DNA of 35,872 nt from a virus (lineage: Duplodnaviria > Caudoviricetes), in the IMG/VR virus record IMGVR_UViG_3300033123_000281, positions 1 through 35,872 of that record; one strand, given 5' to 3'. Position 1 is the stretch's first letter; every line of letters begins with the position of its first letter. Position numbers and translations under genes: made by a program. A model generated the notes under the pieces. That model ran no database searches, was not told where the DNA came from, and saw only the letters and a list, made by a program, of their open reading frames with translations. This document shows, piece after piece, positions 25,954-33,967 of this stretch.

Positions 25954-25986
25954 CGGGCGCTGCTGTCCCTCCCCCAGCAGCGCCCG
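25954..25986 (+). promoter_or_regulatory. 12-bp stem-loop with a pyrimidine loop upstream of polA
   Basis: CGGGCGCTGCTG-TCCCTCCCC-CAGCAGCGCCCG; no U-tract. Confidence 0.6.
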
Positions 25987-26005
25987 TGAGTAACTGAGAA
26001 ACATC

Positions 26006-28726
26006 ATGGCGACACTCTGGCTCGATTTCGAGACGCGCAGCCGCTGCGACCTTCGCTCGCGCGGCGTCTACAACTACGCGCAGGACCGCTCCACGTCCGT
26101 GCTGTGCATGTCCTACGCCTTTGACGACGAAGAGGTCGTCACATGGACGCCTGACCAGCCGTTCCCGCGCAGGGTCGCGGAGCACACAGGCCAGATCAGA
26201 GCACACAACGCCGCCTTCGAGCGGCTTATCTTTTGGTTCGTCCTGTGCCCCGACCAAGGCATCCGCGAGCCGTCGCTGTCGCAGTTCTACTGCACGGCAA
26301 CGCAAGCCCGCGCCAACTGCGCGCCCGGCTCGCTGGAGGACGTGGGCCGCTTCAGCGGCGCGACTATGAAGAAAGACCATCGCGGGTCGCAACTGATCCG
26401 CCTGCTGTCGATCCCCCGCGCTGACGGGACGTTCAACGACGATCCGGCGCTGCTGGCCGAGATGTACCGCTATTGTGACCAGGATGTCCGTGCCATGCGC
26501 GCCATCAGCCAGAGTCTGCGCGACCTGTCCGCCGAGGAGCTGGCCGACTACCACGTCAACGAGCGGATCAACGACCGGGGCGTCCGCGTGGATCTCGCGC
26601 TGTGCAACGCAGCGGTCAAGTACGCCAGCGACGAGTTGGCCGAGATCGAACGGATCGTGGCCGAGGTGACGCAGGGGGCCATCACGAGCGTGCGCAGCCC
26701 GAAGATGCGCCAGTGGGTGCAGGACCGCGTGGGGTCGGAGGCGCTTAAGCTGATGACGGTCCACAAGGACGGCGTCGAGAAGGTGTCCATTGACAAGAAC
26801 GTCCGCGCCAACCTGTTGACGTTCGCCGCCGAGAACCCCGACGAGGTGCCGCCCGACGTGGCCGAGGTGATCCAGTGCGCCGACGACCTGTGGGCGTCCA
26901 GCGTGGCGAAGTTCAACCGGCTGGCGGCGATAGCCGACGACGAGGACCAGCGCGTCCGTGGCGCGTTCGTGTTCGCGGGCGGTGCGGCCACCGGGCGGGC
27001 GTCTTCGCATAATGCGCAGGTCCACAACTTCGCCCGTAAGTGCGCCAAGGAGCCAGCCGAGACACGCGAGGCGATGGTGCGCGGCCACAAGATCGTGCCG
27101 CAGTACGGCCGCCGCGTGACCGACGTGCTGAAGGGTATGCTACGCCCGGCGCTGCTGGCGAGCGACGGCAACTGGCTGGCCGTGGCCGACTGGTCGTCCA
27201 TCGAGGCGCGCGTCAACCCGTGGCTGTCGGGCCGGGGCGACGCCAAGCTGGAACTGTTCCGCAGCGGCCGCGATGTCTACAAGGTCAACGCGATGGCGAC
27301 GTTCCGCGTCGAGTTTGACGACGTGACGCCTGACCAGCGTCAAGTTGGAAAAGTCCAAGAACTCGCGTGTCTTTCAGAAGATACTTTAGTGTTGACGGCT
27401 TGCGGAGATAAACGTATTCAAGATGTGCTTCCCGGCGATCTAGTTTGGGACGGCGTGAATTGGGTGCGCACTGACGGCCCGATATACAAAGGCGAACGCG
27501 ATGTCATCGAACACGACAACCTCTGCGCAACACCAGATCACCTTGTCTGGATCGAAGGGACGGCGAACCCGGTTGCATTTGGCTGGGCCGCTGCCCACGG
27601 GATGCGTCTTGCACGACCGAGGACACCGGCTGAAGTTGATTTACCCTTCGTTGGCGCGGCGGTTAACGGCGGCGAAACAGCGTTGCCAAAATCCAAAATC
27701 GCCGGGGTATGTGTCTTACGGCGCGCGCGGGATTTCTTTCGATTTTCCGTCCGTTCTAGCGGCGTATGTATGGGTTTTGGAGAACATAGGCCCGCCAGCC
27801 GAAAGCATGGAATTGGATCGCACGGACAATTCGTTGGGCTACGCTCCGGGCAATCTGCGATGGTCTACAAAAGTGCAGAACCGCCGTCACACATCAAAAA
27901 CTGTGAATACAGCGGCGCAGCATCGGTTTCGCCAGCTATATCCGCACGTTCGGTATGCGGACAACACAATGAAAAACTTGTTGTCAATGGGCCTGACGTT
28001 CGAGCAGATAGAGCGCCGGTGGAACCAGCCCAGTTACAAACCAAAAGGCGTGTATGGGACTTACTCAACTGCGGACCCCTTCATCGCTTCACTGCACAAG
28101 GACGGCTAGTCCATAATTGTGGCTTCGCTGGCGGTGTCGGCGCGTTCGCCGCAATGGGCCGCGTCTACGGTCTGGCGTTGCCAGAACCGGAGGCCAAGCG
28201 CATGGTGGACGGCTGGCGCAAGGCGAACACTTGGGCCTTGCCGTTCTGGCAGGATCTGGAGGAGGCGTATACGCGCGCCATGCGCCACAAGGGTCACGAG
28301 TTCACGGCTGGCCGGATTACCTACTTGTTCGACGGATCGCACCTCTGGTACGCTCTGCCTTCCGGCCGCGTGCTTTGCTATCCCTTCGCGCGTCTGGAGA
28401 CCGAGGGCGTCACTTACGCCAAGGCGTCATGGAAACCCGCAGCAGATGCGAAGGAATGGCCCCGCGCCCGGCTCTGGAAGGGGCTGGCGTGCGAGAATGT
28501 GACGCAAGCGACGGCCAACGACCTGTTGCGCTACTCGCTGCGGATGCTGGACGCGGAGGGGTTCGAACCCGTGCTCCACGTCCATGACGAGATCGTCGTT
28601 GAAACGAACGATCCCGACCTGACGGTCGAGGCGATGAAGCGGATCATGTGCTCCACACCGACGTGGGCCGAGGGGCTACCACTCGGAATTGAGGCGCACA
28701 CGATGCGGAGATACGGCAAGGGTTAA
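26006..28726 (+). CDS. polA: Family A DNA polymerase precursor containing an intein (656 aa after splicing)
   Basis: ExoI DFET, ExoII HNAAFER, motif A ADWSSIEARV, motif B RQVGKVQELA|CGFAGG, motif C HVHDEIV. Confidence 0.93.
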   Translation: MATLWLDFETRSRCDLRSRGVYNYAQDRSTSVLCMSYAFDDEEVVTWTPDQPFPRRVAEHTGQIRAHNAAFERLIFWFVLCPDQGIREPSLSQFYCTATQARANCAPGSLEDVGRFSGATMKKDHRGSQLIRLLSIPRADGTFNDDPALLAEMYRYCDQDVRAMRAISQSLRDLSAEELADYHVNERINDRGVRVDLALCNAAVKYASDELAEIERIVAEVTQGAITSVRSPKMRQWVQDRVGSEALKLMTVHKDGVEKVSIDKNVRANLLTFAAENPDEVPPDVAEVIQCADDLWASSVAKFNRLAAIADDEDQRVRGAFVFAGGAATGRASSHNAQVHNFARKCAKEPAETREAMVRGHKIVPQYGRRVTDVLKGMLRPALLASDGNWLAVADWSSIEARVNPWLSGRGDAKLELFRSGRDVYKVNAMATFRVEFDDVTPDQRQVGKVQELACLSEDTLVLTACGDKRIQDVLPGDLVWDGVNWVRTDGPIYKGERDVIEHDNLCATPDHLVWIEGTANPVAFGWAAAHGMRLARPRTPAEVDLPFVGAAVNGGETALPKSKIAGVCVLRRARDFFRFSVRSSGVCMGFGEHRPASRKHGIGSHGQFVGLRSGQSAMVYKSAEPPSHIKNCEYSGAASVSPAISARSVCGQHNEKLVVNGPDVRADRAPVEPAQLQTKRRVWDLLNCGPLHRFTAQGRLVHNCGFAGGVGAFAAMGRVYGLALPEPEAKRMVDGWRKANTWALPFWQDLEEAYTRAMRHKGHEFTAGRITYLFDGSHLWYALPSGRVLCYPFARLETEGVTYAKASWKPAADAKEWPRARLWKGLACENVTQATANDLLRYSLRMLDAEGFEPVLHVHDEIVVETNDPDLTVEAMKRIMCSTPTWAEGLPLGIEAHTMRRYGKG
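27368..28117 (+). mobile_element. Intein (250 aa) inserted in polymerase motif B
   Basis: Block A CLSEDTLV, block B TPDH, block F VWDL, terminal HN followed by Cys+1; removing it rejoins motif B. Confidence 0.93.
27501..28109 (+). CDS. HNH-type endonuclease nested in the +1 frame of the intein (start uncertain)
   Basis: KQRCQNPKSPGYVSYGARGI...LDRTDNSLGYAPGNLRWST matches the phage RC.NP...YG.RGI...DRIDN..GY.P.N.RW HNH family. Confidence 0.85.
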   Translation: MSSNTTTSAQHQITLSGSKGRRTRLHLAGPLPTGCVLHDRGHRLKLIYPSLARRLTAAKQRCQNPKSPGYVSYGARGISFDFPSVLAAYVWVLENIGPPAESMELDRTDNSLGYAPGNLRWSTKVQNRRHTSKTVNTAAQHRFRQLYPHVRYADNTMKNLLSMGLTFEQIERRWNQPSYKPKGVYGTYSTADPFIASLHKDG

Positions 28727-28742
28727 CGGGGAGAACGGGAAC

Positions 28743-31046
28743 ATGAGAGACTTTATCGAATACATTCAAGGCTTGGCCGAGCACGGCGAGACCGCGCTGC
28801 TGGTCAAGCAGCAGCCGATCATCCGCAGCGGCGTCCACTTGTCGCACGGCGACGGGTCGCTCAAGTACAGTTGGCCCGCGTTCATGCCGACGCACATGCC
28901 GAAGGACGGCGAGGCGTGGTATCTCAACACCGGGTCGTTCATCCTTGACCGGTTCACAGACGGACGCCCCAGCGCCAGCGCCGCCCACTGCGAGCACGTG
29001 CTGTGCATGATGCTGGACGATGTTGGCACGAAGTCGAAGGAGCCGCCGCTCCCGCCGACCTGGGTCATCGAGACCTCGCAGGGGTCGTTCCAGTGGGGAT
29101 ACGCCTTCAGCGACCAGCCGACCAAGGCGGAGTTTACCGCAGCTATCAAGGCCATCGCGGCCGCTGGCTACACCGACCCCGGCGCGACCAACGCCGTGCG
29201 CAACTTTCGCATTCCGGGTTCAACTAACCTTAAACCGGGGCGCGATGGGTTCAAGTCCCGGCGCGTATCCTTTAATCCCGAACGCGAGTTCACCCTGCCG
29301 GAGATCTGCGCCGCGCTTGGCGTGACGCCCGACGAGGCCGACACGGCCAGAGCGATCAGCTTCCGCCTGCGCGACACCGGCAAGGACAGCGTCTTGGAGT
29401 GGCTGAACGATCAGGGGCTGGTGCTGTCTCACGTCAACGCCGAGGGCTGGATGGGCGTTGTCTGCCCGAACCACGCGCAGCATACCGACGACCAGATCGG
29501 GGCGCGCTACAAGCCGCTTGACCGGTCGTTCTGCTGCTACCACGGCCATTGCGAGGACTTCAACAGCCGTGCGTTCTTGGGCTGGGTCTGCGATAACGGT
29601 GGGCCGCGCGTCAATCCCGGCTTGCGTGACGAGCTGCTGGCCGAGCACATGAACAAGGCCCTTTCCAAGATGACGCCATCCGACATGTTTTCCGACGACG
29701 CCGCCAAGATCATCGCGGACGTGGAGCGCAAGGAGCTGGGCCGCGTTGAAAAGAAAGACTGGTACGAACGCTTCGCCTACATCTCCGACGACGACTCGTT
29801 CTTTGACATCCGCGACTGTCGCGAGCTGGGCCGCACGACCTTTAACGCGATTTATCGCCACGTCGCCTGCCAGTCGATCCACAACGGCCGCAAGGTTGAG
29901 GCGTCGATCTGCTTCGACGAGAACCGCCAAGCCATGAACGCCCGGCTGCTGCGCGGTGTCACCTACGCCGCTGGCGAGGCCGTGCTGGTCGCGCGTGACG
30001 GCGAGGTGTATGGCAACCGCTGGCGCAACGCGCGGCCGGACGTGTCGGGCGTGACGCCCGGCGACGTGACGCCGTGGCTGGACCACTGCCGACTGCTGGT
30101 GCCGGAGCCGGAGGAGCTGGAGCACACCCTCAACATGATGGCGTTCAAGGTGCAGAACCCCGGCATCAAGATCAACCACGCCGCGCTCCACGGTGGTGAC
30201 GAGGGCTGCGGCAAGGACAGCATGTGGGCACCGTTTATCTGGGCCGTCTGTGGCCCGAACCTGCGCAACCGTGGCCTGATTGACAACGACGCGCTGTCGT
30301 CCCAATGGGGCTACCAGTTGGAGAGCGAGATCCTGATCCTCAACGAGCTGAAGGAGCCGGAGGCGGCGCAGCGCCGCGCGCTCGCGAACAAGCTGAAACC
30401 CGTCATCGCCGCCCCGCCTGACATGATCGTCATCAACCGCAAGGGGCTGCATCCCTACAACATGCTCAACCGCATGTTCGTCTTGGCGTTCACGAACGAT
30501 CCGGTGCCGATCTCGATCCCTTCGCAGGACCGCCGCTGGTTCTGCCTGTGGTCTAACGCGCCCCGGATGGCCCCGGCGGATGCCGACCGCCTGTGGGGCT
30601 GGTACAAGGCGGGCGGGTTCGAGGCGGTCGCGGCGTGGATGCACGCCCGTGACGTGTCGAAGTTCAACCCTGCGGCCGCGCCGCCCTTTACCGAGTTCAA
30701 GGCGAACCTGGTCGAGCATGGCATGTCAATCGCGGAGTCGTTCTTGGTTGACATGATCCGCGTCAAAGCTGGCGAGTTCTCGCGCGGTGTGGTCGGCTCG
30801 CCGTTCTTCACGCTCTGCGACCGTCTGGTCGCGTCCGCCCCGGCGGGCATCAAGATCCCGCAGGCCGCGCTGCTGCACGCTTTCAAGGAAGCCGGATGGG
30901 TGGACATGGGGCGGCTGGCGTCTGGCGCTCACATGACCAAGAAGCACGTCTTCGCCACGCCTGAGATGGCGCGCGACCACACCAAGTCGGAGCTGCGCAA
31001 CATGCTGGAAGCGCCGCCCACGTCAGGCTTGAAGGTGGTCAAGTAA
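28743..31046 (+). CDS. Primase-helicase (N-terminal primase, Cys/His zinc region, C-terminal SF3/DUF5906-like helicase)
   Basis: MLDDVG...ETSQGSFQWG...RIPGS primase motifs, CPN..QH...CYHGHC, Walker A GDEGCGKD, ILNE, FTN and DRRW. Confidence 0.85.
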   Translation: MRDFIEYIQGLAEHGETALLVKQQPIIRSGVHLSHGDGSLKYSWPAFMPTHMPKDGEAWYLNTGSFILDRFTDGRPSASAAHCEHVLCMMLDDVGTKSKEPPLPPTWVIETSQGSFQWGYAFSDQPTKAEFTAAIKAIAAAGYTDPGATNAVRNFRIPGSTNLKPGRDGFKSRRVSFNPEREFTLPEICAALGVTPDEADTARAISFRLRDTGKDSVLEWLNDQGLVLSHVNAEGWMGVVCPNHAQHTDDQIGARYKPLDRSFCCYHGHCEDFNSRAFLGWVCDNGGPRVNPGLRDELLAEHMNKALSKMTPSDMFSDDAAKIIADVERKELGRVEKKDWYERFAYISDDDSFFDIRDCRELGRTTFNAIYRHVACQSIHNGRKVEASICFDENRQAMNARLLRGVTYAAGEAVLVARDGEVYGNRWRNARPDVSGVTPGDVTPWLDHCRLLVPEPEELEHTLNMMAFKVQNPGIKINHAALHGGDEGCGKDSMWAPFIWAVCGPNLRNRGLIDNDALSSQWGYQLESEILILNELKEPEAAQRRALANKLKPVIAAPPDMIVINRKGLHPYNMLNRMFVLAFTNDPVPISIPSQDRRWFCLWSNAPRMAPADADRLWGWYKAGGFEAVAAWMHARDVSKFNPAAAPPFTEFKANLVEHGMSIAESFLVDMIRVKAGEFSRGVVGSPFFTLCDRLVASAPAGIKIPQAALLHAFKEAGWVDMGRLASGAHMTKKHVFATPEMARDHTKSELRNMLEAPPTSGLKVVK

Positions 31047-31052
31047 CAAACG

Positions 31053-31085
31053 AAAATCCCGGCGGTTAGGCCGGGATTTTTTTTA
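31053..31085. terminator. Bidirectional intrinsic terminator between convergent operons
   Basis: AAAATCCCGGC-GGTTAG-GCCGGGATTTT followed by further Ts. Confidence 0.85.
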
Positions 31086-31229
31086 ATGTGTGACTTTTTT
31101 GTTCAAAAACGCCACCACGGCTTCCGCCGTCCGGGCGCACCTGCTACACGGCCCATCAGCGCAGGGCGCGCCCTCGTCGATGGCGGCGCAGATCGTCAAC
31201 GCCAGCGCGTCCAGTTCATCTTCGGTCAT
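31083..31229 (-). CDS. Small Cys-containing protein, 48 aa (MTEDELDALALTICAAIDEGAPCADGPCSRC...)
   Basis: Translated by hand; ends at the terminator. Confidence 0.6.
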   Translation of the reverse strand: MTEDELDALALTICAAIDEGAPCADGPCSRCARTAEAVVAFLNKKVTH

Positions 31230-31503
31230 TAAACAGGCTCCACAGCAGCGCCGCCAGCACCACGATCATCGTTGCGATTAACACTATTTCCATCATGTTC
31301 CTTCTCCATCAGTTGCCGGCGCAGTTCGTTGCGCTGGTGCCGAACGCGCTCCAGCTTGCGCCGGAGGTTCTCCGAGTAGTTCCGCGAGCTGACGAGCTGA
31401 CGAGCTGCCGCTCGATGTACTCGATGTGCGCAGCGGCCAGCAGCGACGCCTTGCAGCCGTCTTCGGCGGCCAGCGCCCGCAGGGCGGCTTTGTGATCAAT
31501 CAT
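31229..31503 (-). pseudogene. Small coiled-coil gene apparently frameshifted by an 8-bp tandem duplication
   Basis: Removing one CGAGCTGA copy at 31385-31400 gives an 88-aa ORF whose TAA overlaps the next ATG. Confidence 0.6.
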
Positions 31504-31666
31504 TGCGGGGCCTCCCATTCTTGCGCGGCGGAGCGCCGTTGCGCCGTGCGATCAGCCGGACGTGCCCCGGCGAGTTCAACCCGAACAGCCGCGCGATGTC
31601 GGTCAGCTTGCGCCCGGCGATGTAGTGCTGCGCGATCAGCTTGTTGCGCGTCGCAAGTGCCTTCAC
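31496..31666 (-). CDS. Small helix-turn-helix protein, 56 aa (MKALATRNKLIAQHYIAGRKLTDIARLFGL...)
   Basis: Translated by hand; RN..I...Y..G..L.DIAR.FGL HTH pattern; GTGA coupling. Confidence 0.65.
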   Translation of the reverse strand: MKALATRNKLIAQHYIAGRKLTDIARLFGLNSPGHVRLIARRNGAPPRKNGRPRND

Positions 31667-32010
31667 AGCCCCTCTCCTTCGTCGCAGTCAATTTCGACTT
31701 TCACGCAAGCAATGCGAGTACTTATTGCGTATCTATCCGCTTTTTCCTTTTTGTTATGCGCGGTGGATTTCCGCTCTTCATCAGGATAGATATTGATCCA
31801 CACCGTCCGCTGGAAGCGCGTCTTCACTTCGACGAGATCATACGGCCCCGCGTGGTCCATCTGAACGCCGTCTTGCCGCCAACAGCACGAGACCCATCCA
31901 GTTGGGCTTTTGAACGCGCCGTGGACAGGATGCGGCTCATCCCCATCAACGGAATAAATGCGAACTTCTGCGCCTAGTGTCGTGCGGTATTTTTTGTTGA
32001 TATTGATCAT
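31663..32010 (-). CDS. Hypothetical protein
   Basis: GGGAGG ribosome-binding site; KYRT..G.EVRIY..DG....VHGA pattern; lower GC. Confidence 0.75.
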   Translation of the reverse strand: MININKKYRTTLGAEVRIYSVDGDEPHPVHGAFKSPTGWVSCCWRQDGVQMDHAGPYDLVEVKTRFQRTVWINIYPDEERKSTAHNKKEKADRYAISTRIACVKVEIDCDEGEGL

Positions 32011-32011
32011 C

Positions 32012-32200
32012 TCATTTCCTCCCGAAGGTTATGTTCGTCTCGGCGCGGATGTCCTGATTGCGCCACGTCCAGCACTCGCCACTGTCCTGGAACACGACCC
32101 AGCACAGGTCGAAATCAACCCCATAATCCAGCAGCACGTGCGCCAGTCCCTTGCCTCGCGGCGTCGCCACGGGCAGCGGCGGATCAAGGCGCAGCATCAT
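32012..32200 (-). CDS. Hypothetical protein (MMLRLDPPLPVATPRGKGLAH...)
   Basis: GGGGAGG ribosome-binding site; Trp-rich, protein-like frame. Confidence 0.72.
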   Translation of the reverse strand: MMLRLDPPLPVATPRGKGLAHVLLDYGVDFDLCWVVFQDSGECWTWRNQDIRAETNITFGRK

Positions 32201-32396
32201 CGGTCGCCTCCCCTGCAAGCGCAGCGCGGGCGGTCTCAGTTGCTTTGTGACGCGCCTCTTCATGATCTGGCGTTGCAATCCATGCGATTTCTTGCAACGC
32301 TCCCCGCAACCGCTCAATCTCGTCTTTCATGATTTGTTTCCCGTTTTTGTACCCGTACATGTAGATCAGCGTCAGGTCGTCCAGCTCCTCGGTCAT
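32184..32396 (-). CDS. Hypothetical protein (MTEELDDLTLIYMYG...EIERLRGAL)
   Basis: ATGA coupling; EIERLR coiled-coil motif common in phage early proteins. Confidence 0.68.
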   Translation of the reverse strand: MTEELDDLTLIYMYGYKNGKQIMKDEIERLRGALQEIAWIATPDHEEARHKATETARAALAGEATDDAAP

Positions 32397-32728
32397 ATCT
32401 CGCCCCTTGCTTTCTTTGCCCTGTAGTACTCCAACGCCCGTGCGCGCTTGCGCAGGGCGCTCTCGAATTGCCGTCCGTCCAGCCACGCGTCCAGCGACTG
32501 CACGCCATGCCAGACCGTCGTCGGGTCGCGCCCGCCAGACCACGCCCCCAGTTGCGGGTAGGACACCAGCAGGCTGTCGCGCGCTCGCCACCACGCGAGG
32601 TGTCTTGCGGTGCTGGCGGCGTGTACGCGTGACCGACCGTCGAACGTCGCCGTGTCGATCTCGCACTCGGCGCAGGCCTCGCGCTTGAGCCGCTCGAACG
32701 CGGCTCGCGTCGCGTAGGGCCGCGTCAC
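32393..32728 (-). CDS. DnaA domain IV-like helix-turn-helix protein
   Basis: ARHLAWW.AR....SYPQLG...GGRDPTTVWHGV matches the DnaA C-terminal signature (GGRDHTTV). Confidence 0.78.
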   Translation of the reverse strand: MTRPYATRAAFERLKREACAECEIDTATFDGRSRVHAASTARHLAWWRARDSLLVSYPQLGAWSGGRDPTTVWHGVQSLDAWLDGRQFESALRKRARALEYYRAKKARGEI

Positions 32729-33144
32729 GCTGCGGCCGCGCCGTTGACCAGCGTCACGGTCACGTCGCCGGGCGCGTAGCGCGGCGCAGGATTGAGCGCC
32801 GCCTCCATGTCCGCCAGCGCCTCGGCTGCCGCGCGCTCGGCGTGGCGGGCGCCACAGGCCCGGACGTAGAGCGTGGCGTAACCGGCGATGTCATGCGCGT
32901 GGTCAATGTGATCAACATCGCCAGCCATCAGGCGCGCGGTCTTCATAAGCCAAGTCTCGCAGGCCTCGCGCTGCGCGTCGGACATGCGCCGGTAACCGGT
33001 GGAGTTGCGCAGGATCTCCTTCATCAGTTGCGCGTAGGCCGCCACGTCGGCGAAGTCGCCGTGCGTCGCCTCGCGCTCTTGCAAGGTCTGCTCGATCGTC
33101 TGCGGCGCGTCCTGCGCCTGTGGGTGTTGCTTATGCTTGCTCAT
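32725..33144 (-). CDS. DUF6378-like protein
   Basis: TLQERE.THGDF...K.AR...GD....D...DIAGYATL motif; start MSKHKQ. Confidence 0.72.
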   Translation of the reverse strand: MSKHKQHPQAQDAPQTIEQTLQEREATHGDFADVAAYAQLMKEILRNSTGYRRMSDAQREACETWLMKTARLMAGDVDHIDHAHDIAGYATLYVRACGARHAERAAAEALADMEAALNPAPRYAPGDVTVTLVNGAAAA

Positions 33145-33697
33145 CTGTCGTCCCCCATCGTCTGATGTAGTACATGATCGTGCTATGGTCGCGCCCACAG
33201 GCTTTCCCAATGGCCGTGTAGCTCCACCCCAGCGCCAGCAGGCGGCGGTACACCTCCAAGCGCGGCCGCAGGTGCACGGCGGCCGGTGACCGGCCGACTA
33301 GCACGAGCCAGGTCGTCTTGTGGCGGGCTGTGATGTCCGCGCACAGCTCGGCGAGCTGCTCTTGCGTCAACCGGTAGCTCGCCATGCGGGCGTCCATCCG
33401 GGCGCGCCGCGCGGCCTTGTCCGATAGCCGCGCCGCGCGTTCCTTGACGTGTGGCAGGGCGGCGTGCTCGGCCTGCGTGAGCTTGATCCACGCGGTGTCG
33501 GTCTTGTACAGGACCGGCGGGTCTTCCGGCGGCGCTGGCGGGTCCGCTGGCGGTGCTGGCGGGTCCGCTGGCGGGTCTGCTGGCGGGTCCGCTGGCGGGT
33601 CCGCTGGCGCTGCTGCGCCGGGGCGTGGCCGCCCGGTCGCAATGCGGGCCTTGACGGCCGCGTAGTGCGCGAACCAGTCGATGGGGGCGTCGCTCAT
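33131..33697 (-). CDS. Protein with a PPAD-repeat linker and a C-terminal DnaA domain IV-like HTH
   Basis: HYAAVKARI N-terminus; SYTAIGKACGRDHSTIMY. Confidence 0.75.
   Translation of the reverse strand: MSDAPIDWFAHYAAVKARIATGRPRPGAAAPADPPADPPADPPADPPAPPADPPAPPEDPPVLYKTDTAWIKLTQAEHAALPHVKERAARLSDKAARRARMDARMASYRLTQEQLAELCADITARHKTTWLVLVGRSPAAVHLRPRLEVYRRLLALGWSYTAIGKACGRDHSTIMYYIRRWGTTDEQA
33534..33610. repeat. In-frame 12-bp tandem repeat GCTGGCGGGTCC (five near-perfect copies plus 9-bp variants) encoding PPAD
   Basis: Copies at 33534, 33555, 33567, 33579 and 33591. Confidence 0.9.
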
Positions 33698-33879
33698 GCG
33701 CGACGCTCCGCTAGCATGGCCTGCGCGACGCGCTGCACCGTGCGACCGTAAATAATACGGCCATCCGTCGTCACGCCGCGCCAGCGCCGCGCGAGCGTGG
33801 GCAGGTAGCGCACGCGCGCGACGTGGCCCGCAAGGCTCCCGTCAGATGCGCGGATCTCGATAATCGGTGTCTGAGTCAT
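33694..33879 (-). CDS. Hypothetical protein
   Basis: 61-aa ORF coupled by ATGA to the next gene. Confidence 0.6.
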   Translation of the reverse strand: MTQTPIIEIRASDGSLAGHVARVRYLPTLARRWRGVTTDGRIIYGRTVQRVAQAMLAERRA

Positions 33880-33967
33880 TGGTCAGGTGCTCCCATAAGG
33901 CTGCGGCGCCGACTAGCGCGAAAGGAATAATGATGAACAGGACGAAGGCTATGGCGAGGTGCATCAT
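33842..33967 (-). CDS. Small membrane peptide, 41 aa (MMHLAIAFVLFIIIPFALVGAAALW...)
   Basis: Translated by hand; one hydrophobic segment; ATGA coupling. Confidence 0.55.
   Translation of the reverse strand: MMHLAIAFVLFIIIPFALVGAAALWEHLTNDSDTDYRDPRI

Noticed and set aside
29220-30719. 499-aa minus-strand ORF (similar long antisense ORFs at 25811-27088, 12478-13446 and 3124-4089)
   Set aside because: These are typical shadows of high-GC3 genes; they are rich in V/L/H/R/D and have no recognisable motifs.
31216-31296. 26-aa membrane peptide MMEIVLIATMIVVLAALLWSLFNDRR on the minus strand
   Set aside because: It has a good ribosome-binding site and may be real, but it overlaps the repaired 31229-31503 frame and the two cannot be resolved from sequence alone.
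33534-33610. Cluster of Chi-like octamers (GCTGGCGG)
   Set aside because: One mismatch to E. coli Chi, fully explained by the coding PPAD repeat, and the host is unknown.
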